Position numbers and translations under genes: made by a program
Assembly: GCA_051530055.1 (NCBI GenBank)
Contig: CM121341.1
Coordinates: 15,788,784-15,852,783, forward strand
Length of the DNA stretch: 64,000 bases
Source: Neoechinorhynchus agilis
Lineage: Eukaryota; Animalia; Acanthocephala
Direction of reading: 5' to 3'
Shown here: positions 1 through 10,631 of the stretch, piece after piece
How the letters are laid out: each line of letters opens with the position of its first letter
Numbering within the stretch: position 1 is the first letter of the stretch
Notes under the pieces: model-generated
Seen by the model: only the letters and a program-made list of their open reading frames with translations
The model's database searches: none
What the model was told of the DNA's origin: nothing

Positions 1-542
1 TAATAAATCGTTTGGGAAGTTTGGGCAATCAATCGAAGGTGATAATTGAATGCTGGTCGTTTCTTCTAAACTGAGAGCTGATCGTCCGTGTAGATGATGT
101 TTTAATCTTTTTAAGTGACCTTCTATAACAGCGTTATTACACCGTCTCGTATTAAGACGTATCTTTCGATCGATGTTTTGAACTTTCACTTGAAAAAAGC
201 TTTTGCCTCCTATGATCTAATCTCATTTCTATCAATTCAAGAATCTTACAAGAGTAAAAGTTGCACTAATCGAACATAACCGTGAGGTTTGAATCTTTGT
301 GGACGAACGAACATTCAAATCTCGAAATTATTTGACCTTGATTGCGTTAAATCTCTCGGACTAAAATTGCATTCAAAATCAATTTCACTCAATGGCGACG
401 GGTGTGCCACAAAGGCTCAAAATTCTTTGTCCAAAAATTAAAATGTCCATATCCTTTTATAGGAAGCTCACTAAATTTTATTCGTTCATCGCGCACTCGA
501 GCTCAAAACCTGAATAAGAAAAACATATTATTTTTTAGAGGA

Positions 543-575
543 CTGATGAGGTGAGGTCACCTCGCGAAATATTTC
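543..575 (+). ncRNA. Minimal type I hammerhead ribozyme motif (family A)
   Basis: CTGATGA-G-GTGAGG-tca-CCTCGC-GAA-ATAT-T; palindromic stem III; homologues at 9730-9762 and 44898-44931 show stem II covariation. Confidence 0.65.
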
Positions 576-699
576 TAATAAATCAAACTCAAATGTGTTA
601 TTACCGGGATTGTTATCACCAAAATAATATTATTTGATAGTTTATTTGTTTAAAAATTGTTACAAAATTTCAATATTTTATTTATTTATCTTAAATCGC

Positions 700-1560
700 A
701 TACATTCAGGGCTTCACGGCAAGTCTTTGGGAGCCTTTCGGCTAACTCACACACTTCGGAGGCGCTCAGTCGCACTCGAAGGGACAGTGCCAACCCTCTC
801 CTGGGGTCGATGGGCGATCTCAAACCCTACCCCACCCTTCCAGCAGCCTCGCAACACCCGTGCCACTTCTTCCTCTTCCTATCAATCGTGTCTCCTCTGT
901 TCGTATATTTGGTCTTCATTTTCAGAAAAATCTAAAGTGGGACAAGCACACATCAATCTTGTTGCACAAAGGGTCCATTAAATTATATCTTCCTAAAAGT
1001 CTCCGATTCCTTGGAATGCCGCACAGAGATCTTATGCATTTTTATATTTCAACATCCTACCAATGCTCACCTATGCATACGCAACTCTTTGCAATTTTTC
1101 TTTTTATATATTCCAAAAACTCAATACCTTTCACAAGAGATGGCTCTAATCTTTTGCACCGAACTCCTGCCCTTAGAAGAACACCTTTCTCTAATCTTTC
1201 ATAAGCACTCAAAGCGCCTTCATTCTCTTCCGATTCAATTTCTACCACACATTTCTCCCTTTACTCACATTTACAACACTCGTCGCCCCTACATTTTGCA
1301 TCTTTCAATTCCTCGCACAAATCTGTACCTCCGCTTTTTCTTCCTAACCGCTCAATCCTCCAAATGCGAATTGATTCGGAGGAAATAAAGGAAAACAACA
1401 AGTAACAATTAACCAACCAAAATCAAGATCAACTAACGGACCAAACACAATTTTATCAGCCAGTTAACTTACCTAAAAAATTCATTAAATCTCTAAAGAA
1501 ATACCGAAATCAATCTCCTGCAAATTCGAGCGTCCATGAGGACCCAAAGATACATGGGTC
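700..1560 (+). mobile_element. Degenerate L2/CR1-like LINE 3' fragment with tail stem-loop
   Basis: Frameshifted RT C-terminal motifs (SSVRIFGLHFQKNLKWDKH..LYL..LRFLGM); ends in GACCCA-loop-TGGGTC hairpin shared with other loci. Confidence 0.55.
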
Positions 1561-1948
1561 CTTTTCTTTGTTAGTTAACAAATATTAATCAATTAGACTA
1601 CAAGTAACAGTAAAATAAAAGTTTTTCTTCGTTGTATCTATTTACCAAAACATGGTTAATTCCTTACTCTCAAGAATGAATGTGTATTTTCAAAATGATG
1701 TACCGTTTATCTGTAAAAATGATACTTCTCTTTATATCTTAACTAACCACTTAAAACGCTTTGAATTATAAAACCTTGTAAAGAATAACCAGCGTACATG
1801 TTTAACTAAAAAAAAGGTTTAAAAACTTCTCATAGTGAATCGCGTTCACAACAATGAGAAACGTGATATAGCACATATTGACGTATTCTTGATATGTTCA
1901 AATCAAGAGAACGTGTAAATAAACAATAATCAATGTGCGTCCTTTTTC

Positions 1949-2155
1949 CACGACTGATAATTTTCCTTAGGCACACAGCTAACCGATCTGGTTCAGGGAC
2001 GCGCATAAAATATCTTGATACCCTGTCCCGCATCCTGGAGGTATCTCAGAATCCGGAGAGTTGTACAAACTTAAAAATGTACGGTTCAGGGTATTAAGTG
2101 ATTTTCCCCGAACCAGATCCGTGGGCTGTGTGTCCAAGGAAAATTATCAGTCGTG
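1949..2155. mobile_element. MITE-like element with ~50 bp terminal inverted repeats
   Basis: cacgactgataattttcctt..gcacacagc at left, reverse complement at right; interior 2026-2071 resembles 55881-55925 (reverse complement). Confidence 0.6.
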
Positions 2156-2830
2156 AGGCCACACATAGATACTCAATAAAAGTTACCGGCTGGTTAGTCT
2201 TCAAAAAATAAACAATAATGTTACATTATAATTTAGATAAACGCTGTTTCCATAAGCACATCAGCCACTACTATTAGACACTTTCAGTATCAATGTGACA
2301 AGTTAATATATCTAAATTTACAAATTTACAGTCTATTTACATGATGTATTTATGGCTCAAACAGCTTTGTTACTTTAAGATAGTGTTATATATGCATGTT
2401 CGGATAAAAACGTAATTAAATGTACAAAGTTCTGAAGGAAGCACAGGGACACTATCAAATGTCTATTAACAAAGGTTTGAAATAGCGTAGACTGATTTCA
2501 TGGGGCACAACAAACGAAAACGTTGAACAACGCTGCTTTATATTATAGATCGAGATATTTCAAAGGAGGAAGCCTCGCCTCATCAATTAGCCAAGTACAC
2601 AGAGAACAATTTGAATGAAGGCATTTTCCTTAAGCGTGTTTGCTACCTTAGTTTACCGTATTTTGCTGTTAAATTGCTGCTTTGAAAGTATTTGCAGTTA
2701 TCGACCATTGTGCAGATCACTACGAATGGTTTATTGATTCAGATCCATTCGTCAGTCGATCTGTGAATGTCGCTTTTACAAAAAAAACTTGTCAAAAATA
2801 CTTTAAAACGGAACATTTTAAGCGGCCAAA

Positions 2831-3259
2831 TCATCGCGGTCTATCCTTTTTGCCTTTGTAAAGAGCCAATAATGATACTTTTCCGACCGAAACAACTTTG
2901 AATCGAACACCAGGAATATCTCCAACGGCATGGCCCTTTCGACCGAATCCAGCCACCATCACCTCGTCGTTTTCCTCGATAAAATTCAGACAACCATCCC
3001 GAGGAACGAAAGCAGTGATTTTTCGTCCATTCTTTATCAACTGCACTCTGACGCATTTTCTAATGGCAGAATTAGGCTGTTTCGCTTCCACGCCAATCTT
3101 CTCAAGAACTATTCCTTTCGCATGAGACGCTCCGCCAAACGGATTCGCTTTCCAACGAGTTCCCAGATGAGCCTTTTTATAATCTTTGTCGTGCCAACGT
3201 TGATCGCGACGATGAGTTTTTAGCTTCCGAGCCGTCCTTAATCCGCGAGGCTTTCCCAT
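2831..3259 (-). CDS. RPS23: 40S ribosomal protein S23 (uS12), intronless
   Basis: [50 protein letters not shown], full length. Confidence 0.98.
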   Translation of the reverse strand: MGKPRGLRTARKLKTHRRDQRWHDKDYKKAHLGTRWKANPFGGASHAKGIVLEKIGVEAKQPNSAIRKCVRVQLIKNGRKITAFVPRDGCLNFIEENDEVMVAGFGRKGHAVGDIPGVRFKVVSVGKVSLLALYKGKKDRPR

Positions 3260-3509
3260 ATCTTACAAAAACGAGAAACTCGCAATGTAACAGACGCCGC
3301 AAACGGTGAAACGGAAGAATGCCGGTTAATGACGTCATGATTTCGAGAATGCCTAATTATTGCATGAAGTTAAAGAAACTGATCAAATAGCCAAAAAGTG
3401 AAATGGATGAGTTTGACGAAGGAGACGAGCGCTGATTTGTTTCGTTATTTGCGGGTTTGAAAATATCACATTAGAAAATTGTGGATCGAAATCATTAGAA
3501 AATGTCGAG

Positions 3510-3810
3510 TTTATTGATAGTTACAACCTTATTAACCTCCCCGATTACTGCTTTATTTGTAACCCCACCTGAGCAGGTCTTAGTTTGTATGGAATCTTCA
3601 GCTTCCAGCTTGGGGTATTCCCATCCATACGGTTGTTGTTGGAGGGTGACATATCACCCGTGAGTATAACAACCCCGGGCACCCGAGTTCTGCCCAAGCT
3701 ACACTCACCATGTACTATTCCAAATACCTGAGGAGGTCTGCATGCAGACGAAAATTCGTACAAATAAATCAGTCATCGGGGAGGTTAAAAATGTTGCAGC
3801 TGTCAATAAA
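3510..3810. mobile_element. MITE-like element with ~40 bp imperfect TIRs
   Basis: tttattgatagttacaaccttattaacctccccgattactg (3510-3549) vs inverted copy at 3771-3810. Confidence 0.5.
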
Positions 3811-4078
3811 TGGACGCAAAATGTCGAGTTTAAGCTTTCGGAAAACAAAAATCGACGCTGAACACCAAAACGAGTTTAAATTGAACGGGAAAATCTTCGT
3901 AGACGCTTATTCGTCGAGGTATTTAAGCGATCACTTGTTTTCCAAAAGATTCCTGTTGATTATTATTATTGTATTTTTGAGCTTCTTAGGGTTGTTGCCA
4001 AAACATCTTGGGTATAAAAGGAAACGATTCACCGTTCGAAAGTCAAACTTCTCTCTCGTTCTCCATCAAACCTTAAAA

Positions 4079-4378
4079 ATGATCGCTCTTTGTTTGATCG
4101 CATTCACTTCAGTTGGCTTAAACAATGGAAATGAAAAACGCCAAGGCCGAGACTTTACATCGTCTGAGTACGATGAAATATTCGAGAAGATAAAAGAATT
4201 CATTCGAGATGAGGACAAATTTATTGATTTTCTAAAAAGGTTATTCGGCATCGGAGACCGGATATTCGAGGGAAATGACAGCTTAAGACATAGAATGAAA
4301 AGAGATGCGGATGGGCGATATATAGACGTGTTTTATATTGCGGACTCGGATTCGGATCACAATTTTGACGAGATTTAG
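4079..4378 (+). CDS. Small putative secreted protein / peptide precursor
   Basis: ATG followed by hydrophobic MIALCLIAFTSVG and several KR dibasic sites; start choice is inferred. Confidence 0.3.
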   Translation: MIALCLIAFTSVGLNNGNEKRQGRDFTSSEYDEIFEKIKEFIRDEDKFIDFLKRLFGIGDRIFEGNDSLRHRMKRDADGRYIDVFYIADSDSDHNFDEI

Positions 4379-4670
4379 GAAATCATTCGAAGTGATAAGA
4401 CGTACAGAAAATTTGTTCCGGAAAGTCGGACGAAATTTCGTATTCAATGAACAAACGAGAAAAGATGTTTTCAAGATCATAATTTTGACGAGATTCAAGA
4501 AATCGTAAAATGTAATGAGACGTACAGAAAATGACTATTTTTTCACCATACACCGCTTATCCAAGACCCCGATCGGTGGGCATAGTCATTTTCTGTACGT
4601 CTCATTACCTTTAAAGATTTCTTGAGTCTCGTCAAAATTGTGATCCGAGTCCGAGTCCGTAAAATAAGAC
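4340..4670. repeat. Tandem plus inverted ~75 bp repeat
   Basis: gatca(c/t)aattttgacgagatt..agacgtacagaaaat at ~4360 and ~4475, inverted at ~4585-4665. Confidence 0.8.
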
Positions 4671-5099
4671 ACTTCTATAAATTTATTGAAAACATATTTT
4701 AGTAGATATATTTGCATACAACGGACAAAGTGAACAAAAAAGTTATCCCTTTCAAAAATATGAAGTCAAAATTTAAAGATATTCTTGACGATGGCATCAA
4801 TTGCTTTGAGAGGCAAAATCTGAGAACGACAGATGCCAATTAGTTTCAATGGTTGTATCCATCGATAGTTACAATAAATATTTTTGGGCAATCATTTCGA
4901 TTTTTTAACGGTTTCATTTGGTGCTTTTTATATTATAGCGAATTATAATAATCACAAATTCCTCCTTTTCGTCCAATTCTGCAACTGTCGTCCGCGTTGG
5001 ATAGCTGCGCGGATTCGCTGCATCAGGAAGCTGCTAGAGCTCATGTCGCCGGTGGCATATTTCAGCATCGTTCCAAGTCGGGAAAGGAAATAATCGGCT

Positions 5100-5864
5100 T
5101 CTTTTCCGAGACATCCCAGCATTTCCACCGCAATCGGGATTAATATATATTGATGCCCATCGAGCGAGGAGTGCTTATGCCGCTTCTTTTCCGCGCTGAG
5201 GCTAGCGACTGCTCCCGGCTTTGAGGTGGCATCCCTAAGTGGGACGCCGCGAGCGTGTTAGGGCAAGTAAAATCCCAAACCAGTATTTTCCCGGAGCACC
5301 ATGGGAGGAGAGTCGCTCCATCAGGGCGTTTACCGTCGTTCCGGGAAAGTTCGACTGGCTCGAGTCGAGCGAAAAAACTGACCGTCGAGAGGGCTTCCTT
5401 AATTATGTGGTTGACTGCTGAGTACCGTGCATGGCGAGCATTTGAACACTTGAAGTCAAGGCCGTGAATTCCCGACCTGTTCACTGTCGCCTGAGAAATT
5501 GATATCAACCGAAGTCCGACAGTGACGGTGATGACTTGGCCATCTTGCCTCGTGCCAACAGCCGTGATCAGGAAAGCCTTCAAGAAGTCGCTGGAGTGTG
5601 CAGCCGAGACTGCCAGGCTCTATCGGCGAGAGATGAGCATGAGTTGAGAAGCTGCTGATAAGACGCAGTGTGGAGCGAGGCAGTCCAACGTTTTTGGGAG
5701 TTTGTTTCCGTTGGAACGACTTGCCCGAACATTAACGACCATTGAGCGTACGTTTCGAGCAGTTCAGGTGGTGGATGCGACTCAAATCGAGTGTATGGTG
5801 GGATGATTCTCAGAAACAAGCCTGAAGATGCCGAAATCGATTTTTCGGATTTGTGTGAACGCAA
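5100..5864 (-). mobile_element. CRE-like non-LTR retrotransposon 3' fragment (zinc-knuckle region + RLE endonuclease)
   Basis: HGL..RHAR.SAVN.II..LEP..DGKRPDGATLLPW..GKILVWDFTC.NTLA.SH; frameshifted. Confidence 0.8.
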
Positions 5865-6451
5865 AAAAAAACCGGCTGTTCCGATTAAACGGAATCTTAA
5901 AATTGGATCGATTCTTTATAAATTGATCAGAATAAACGGTTGCTGGTCCACCAGAAGTATACAGCAACATTTGCTCTTATTTTTGAACGAATAATATTTT
6001 TTCTGGGTTGACCGATGATTAATTTATGTGTTATAATGTTTTTTTTCCATTCCAAAAATTCTTAATCATTAGTTTCGTATCCATTTTTGACTGAACGTAT
6101 TTATTGAAAAATAAAATATGTTTCCAATCGCACCCCATGCAAAGTTCGGATTTCCAGCGTTCAGAATGTCTTAATCGTGTCTTTTAAGACGTTTCAAAGA
6201 CAGCGCAATGTAATAGCTTAAAACCATACACGAAAAGCGAAAATTAAACAAAAACAAATTCGTTGCCAAACTTTAAATGATCTCTCCAATTTCTCAATAG
6301 TCTCCGTACCGATTCATATCGAAGTTTTGTGGACATAAATGTTTGAAGATCGTCGAATATACGACGCCGTCGCTACTCGAGGCGGCAATTCTTTCACGGC
6401 GATTAATCGCGTATTTGTCTTTCGATATCGCCGTTTTGACTATCTTTAAAA

Positions 6452-7810
6452 ATGAACTTTAAGCGATTTCTTGGTACGGTCGCTTCATTGGAAATTGATG
6501 GTCGCTGGTATTCGGTTAACGGTGCTTGGTATAATTTAAATTCAAAATTGATTGAGCTTTCAAAAGAACGTCTCCATAAGCAAAAGTACCATCCGATTAA
6601 GCATATTTCGGATAGTATTGTTCAAATTCTTACGTCGAATGGTTTCGTTCAAAATAAGTTTGACCATCCCATTGTTGGCGTCAAGGAATGTTTTGAAGAC
6701 CTTCTCGTTTTTCCGAATCATCCCAGTCGTGCTAAAAGTGACTGCTACTACATAAATGACCAATATTTATTTAAGATTCACTGAGTTCAATGATGACAGA
6801 GGGGGTCAAATGATTAATTGAATCAGTGGACGAATAGATCGCATTGTTCCGCTCACGATTCTACCGTTCTCAAATCACAGTTTGTTCTAGAGAACCTGAG
6901 ACGCGACCAAAAGTGTTCATTCTTCGTGATTGGCGATTGTTATCGCCGTGATCGTATTGATAACACTCATTTTCCCGTTTTCCATCAGGCCGATCTTGTG
7001 CATGCAACTACTGAAGAATCCGATTCGTACCTGGTAGATCACATGAAGAAAACGCTCAATGAATTGATATCAAAATTAATTGGTTCAAGATCGCTACCTA
7101 AGCGATGGGTTAATGCCTATTTTCCGTTTACAGATCCTTCATTTGAGCTTGAAATCGAAGTTAACGGAAAGTGGCTAGAGATCTTGGGTTGTGGACTATT
7201 CAGAGCACCAATTCTTCATCGGGCTCAACCTTCACTGAAAGCAAAGGCTTGGGCTGCTGGAATGGGCATAGAGCGCATTGCGATGATAAAATACTCAGTG
7301 CCGGATATTCGAATGTTTTGGTCAAAAAATCAGGAATTTCTAGACCAGTTTCGGTATGAAGATTGTAATGGCGACCAGGATGGGTTGGGTTGGAGTCCAC
7401 ATTTTCTTTTAATAGAACTTTAGATACGCCATTGTGACGTCATATCATCGAAATCCGTTTTTAGGCCCGTCCTGGTTTCTCGCTAAATGAAATCCTTCAC
7501 AGCAGCATCGATCAGTTCGTATCCTCCGTGCTTAATGGATATTTCGTTTTGGCTTCCAGAGAAACCTGGAAAAAATGTTGAAGTTGACTTTTGTGAGCTG
7601 GTTCGTGAATGTACTAAAGATCTTGGAAATTCAGTCCAAACAGTTAAACTCATCGATAGTTACAAGTGTCCAAAAACACGGCGAACAAGTCTTTGCTTTC
7701 GATTGTTCTATCAATCTTACGAGAGAACTTTAACTCGATCCGAGGTTAGTAAATACCACGAAGCAATTCGATTTGCGGTCGAACATCAATTGGGCGGAAG
7801 TGTAAGATAA
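6452..7810 (+). CDS. FARS2: Mitochondrial phenylalanyl-tRNA synthetase (multi-exon)
   Basis: HPSR..DCYYIN, YRRDRIDNTHFPVFHQ, YFPFTDPSFELEI, WLEILGCG, WAAGMGIERIAM, C-terminal FDX-ACB domain (DISFWLP..RTSLCFRL.Y..ERTLT). Confidence 0.92.
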
Positions 7811-9321
7811 TGCCGTTTTCATAAAGTTTATCCACCAGAGTGAACAAAGTCTTTTCAATTTGTTAACTCTTTTTTCCTATTAATCTATCTTAGCGAATTC
7901 TATGTTTCGTTGAGAAGTTCGCTAGGCTCACCAGCCCGACTGAACCGGACAGCAGTAGCACTTTCCGAATATTATCCAATATAGACAAGTCTACACTTAG
8001 CCATTTTAAACCACATAGCGCATTATTCGCCTGAGAATTTGGTGATTGAGAAAATTAGTGATTTTTTATGTATTTACCTCCACAGAACGAAAATGTCTGA
8101 CGAAACTCACGAAATATTGTATGAAAGGTAAAACCCATTCTCGAACGCAGTAACGCTGTGTAAACTTTAATTGAATCAAAGGGGCCAAGTAGTAACTAAA
8201 TTACTAAGATTTTCTCTTTGAAAAACGCAGACGCGCAATACCAAAAGACCATCTATATCCTTGAGCCGTCCGGTGTAGTCGTAGATCAAAAGATTTTTGA
8301 AAGTAAGTAACGATTATCTCTGAATTGTAAGTCTACTTAAAGATTTTCTCTGTTGTTTTTGGCGTCTGTAGCCGGTTACATTTATGAAACGCGATTAAAC
8401 GTACTCATTGCGAGAAATTGTCGTAGTCCCCGAATAATACATATTTTATTGAATTTGTGGTCGCTACCAAACCTCATCGGTCATCTAAAACGATTTGGTT
8501 TTTGTTATTGTATGGCTCACAATCTAGAACCTTTTTCCGCAGAAGTGTGTTATTTACAAGTCGTCACTCTGTAAATAACTTTTTTGCACTAAAAACGTTC
8601 TTAGAATTTCGTCCAGTTTATCGGTATTAGTTTTTCAGGTTCAGAATGTCTTAAATATCGATATTTTGATCAAAAAGCCTTTTTAGATGACCCGAATAAG
8701 GCGAAAGTTTGCCTTTCGAAATATTTCTTAGCAATAAAATTTGTTTTAGATGAAGATGTTTATAATCAGCACATTTCAAAGATTTCCTATTTCGTTGTTA
8801 TTTTTCGGTCATTTATGAACACCTGAAAGGAATTATTGTGAATGAATATATAGACAAATTTTATCAGTCATTTTGTCAATTCAAATCTAAAAATTAACAA
8901 GTGTTGTAAAGAAGTTATTCATTTATATCTGTGTTCTTTGGTGATGAGAAGAATAGATATTGATTTATTAATTCCCAATATTTCGTCCGTCTCGTCGGAC
9001 TTCTTCAGATCTAAAAAGTAATCAATACCTATTCTTCTTATCAATAAAGAACAAGAACATTCTTTAGTGACCCATCTCCGGTTTTGGCAAGCGACCACCG
9101 GTGATTTGAGGTTATTCAAACCCTTTTTACACGGCTGATTTGGGCACATAGCCCATCGATTTATTGCAGAATTAAGAGCTGGTCTGTTATTTTGCAGTCG
9201 TTTATGAACACCTGAAAGCAATCATTAAAAACGATGCGCTGGTCTGCTCTAGATACCCACGAACCATTCGGTTCTCGAGAAGGCGATGCACATTTTATTG
9301 ACTAATGAAATCTAGAAACTA

Positions 9322-9587
9322 AGATCAAAGTTACGTGTTGCTTTTCTAGCTGAAACAATTTGGCTATATTTCTAATTGATATCCGCGTACAATTGATTTT
9401 GTATTAAAATCCTCCGAAAATTATTTTCTCACTAATCATAAAAATATCATGCTGAGATCAAAGTTACGTGTTGCTTTTCTAACTGAAACAACTTGGCTAT
9501 ATTTCTAATTGATATCCGCGTACAATTGATTTTGTATTAAAATCCTCCGAAAATTATTTTCTCACTAATCATAAAAATATCATGCTG
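9322..9587. repeat. Near-perfect 133 bp tandem duplication
   Basis: Units 9322-9454 and 9455-9587 differ at very few positions. Confidence 0.9.
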
Positions 9588-9616
9588 TCTCAAATCAAGT
9601 CCTTCGGGATAATACT

Positions 9617-9809
9617 ACACTTTCGGTGAGAATAATCCCGGTCATTACATATTTTATTTATTCGAAATATTTCGCGAGGTATCCTCGCCTCTTCAGTCAT
9701 TATTTAATTTAAATACTTACAAACAATGACTGAAGAGGCGAGGATACCTCGCGAAATATTTCGAATAAATAAAATATATAATGACCGGGATTATTCTCAC
9801 CGAAAGTGT
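9617..9809. repeat. 85 bp-arm palindrome carrying two family A hammerhead motifs
   Basis: Arms 9617-9701 and 9725-9809; CTGAAGA-G-GCGAGG-ata-CCTCGC-GAAATATTTC on both strands. Confidence 0.85.
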
Positions 9810-10190
9810 GATTTAATAATTGCTTTTAAAATATTCGATAAGGACAACAATGGTCTTATAAGCAAGCAAGGACTTTTGGAAGCAATGGAGGCGTTCGGCG
9901 GAAATTTAAGTCGTATCGAAATCCGTAAAATTTTTGGGAAAATCGATACAGACAAATCCGGTGATATTGATTTCACTGAATTCATTCAGGCGATCGCGCT
10001 TCCGAAAAAAACGAAAACGATTTGGACGCAAACTCCTCATCATATGCGCGGCCAATCAGATACGGCCGCCGATCCAAAGTTGTTGTTTAACATTTTCGAC
10101 ACGAACTTAGATGGATCTATTTCCCCGGATGAAATCAGAGAGGTTATGTTTTACGAATTAAGTCCAATAAAGAAGACGGAAATGCCCTAG
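9726..10190 (+). CDS. Calmodulin/centrin-like EF-hand protein; 5' end formed by repeat sequence, 3' exon unresolved
   Basis: Three EF loops: FDKDNNGLIS, IDTDKSGDIDFTEF, FDTNLDGSISPDE. Confidence 0.75.
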   Translation: MTEEARIPREIFRINKIYNDRDYSHRKCDLIIAFKIFDKDNNGLISKQGLLEAMEAFGGNLSRIEIRKIFGKIDTDKSGDIDFTEFIQAIALPKKTKTIWTQTPHHMRGQSDTAADPKLLFNIFDTNLDGSISPDEIREVMFYELSPIKKTEMP

Positions 10191-10631
10191 ATGTCATCGT
10201 TTCTTCAATCAAGTTAACGAATTGACACTCCATGTTTACATCGACGTCCGTCCGAAAGGAAACTGCTGCTTGATTCGGTTGCTTCGTTGTACGCATCCTT
10301 AGGTAGTGGTTAACCATTTCCAGTGAATTGAACTCTTTTCGAATTTCGTCTAAAGCACACAGTTGTCATTGATTAAAATCTGCATCGGACGGCTATCAGT
10401 CAATCTTTGAATCGATTGGTCCATCTCGATTTGTGTAATTAGCCCAAACGTGCTAAGCATAAAAATTGACTCGAAGGAGCGAATATTTTACTAGGAGTGC
10501 ACGTCTTCGACGATTCACCCACATACAAAAGTGTGAGTCAATGACACATATATCTTGCTCCCTCTTACTTTTTTCGTGATAGAGAAAAACACTCGAACTT
10601 CACGAAACATCTATAGCTCTCCATTTTTAAG

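Noticed and set aside
2841-3223. Short overlapping and antisense ORFs in the track (here and over MVP, DnaJ, TEX2, RRM2)
   Set aside because: Shadow frames of real genes with no independent motifs
2831-3259. Genome-wide reassignment of TGA in the host
   Set aside because: RPS23, DnaJ and RRM2 end correctly at TGA, and host exons lack internal TGA
4340-4670. CRISPR-like array
   Set aside because: Only two direct copies plus one inverted copy, eukaryotic context, no cas genes
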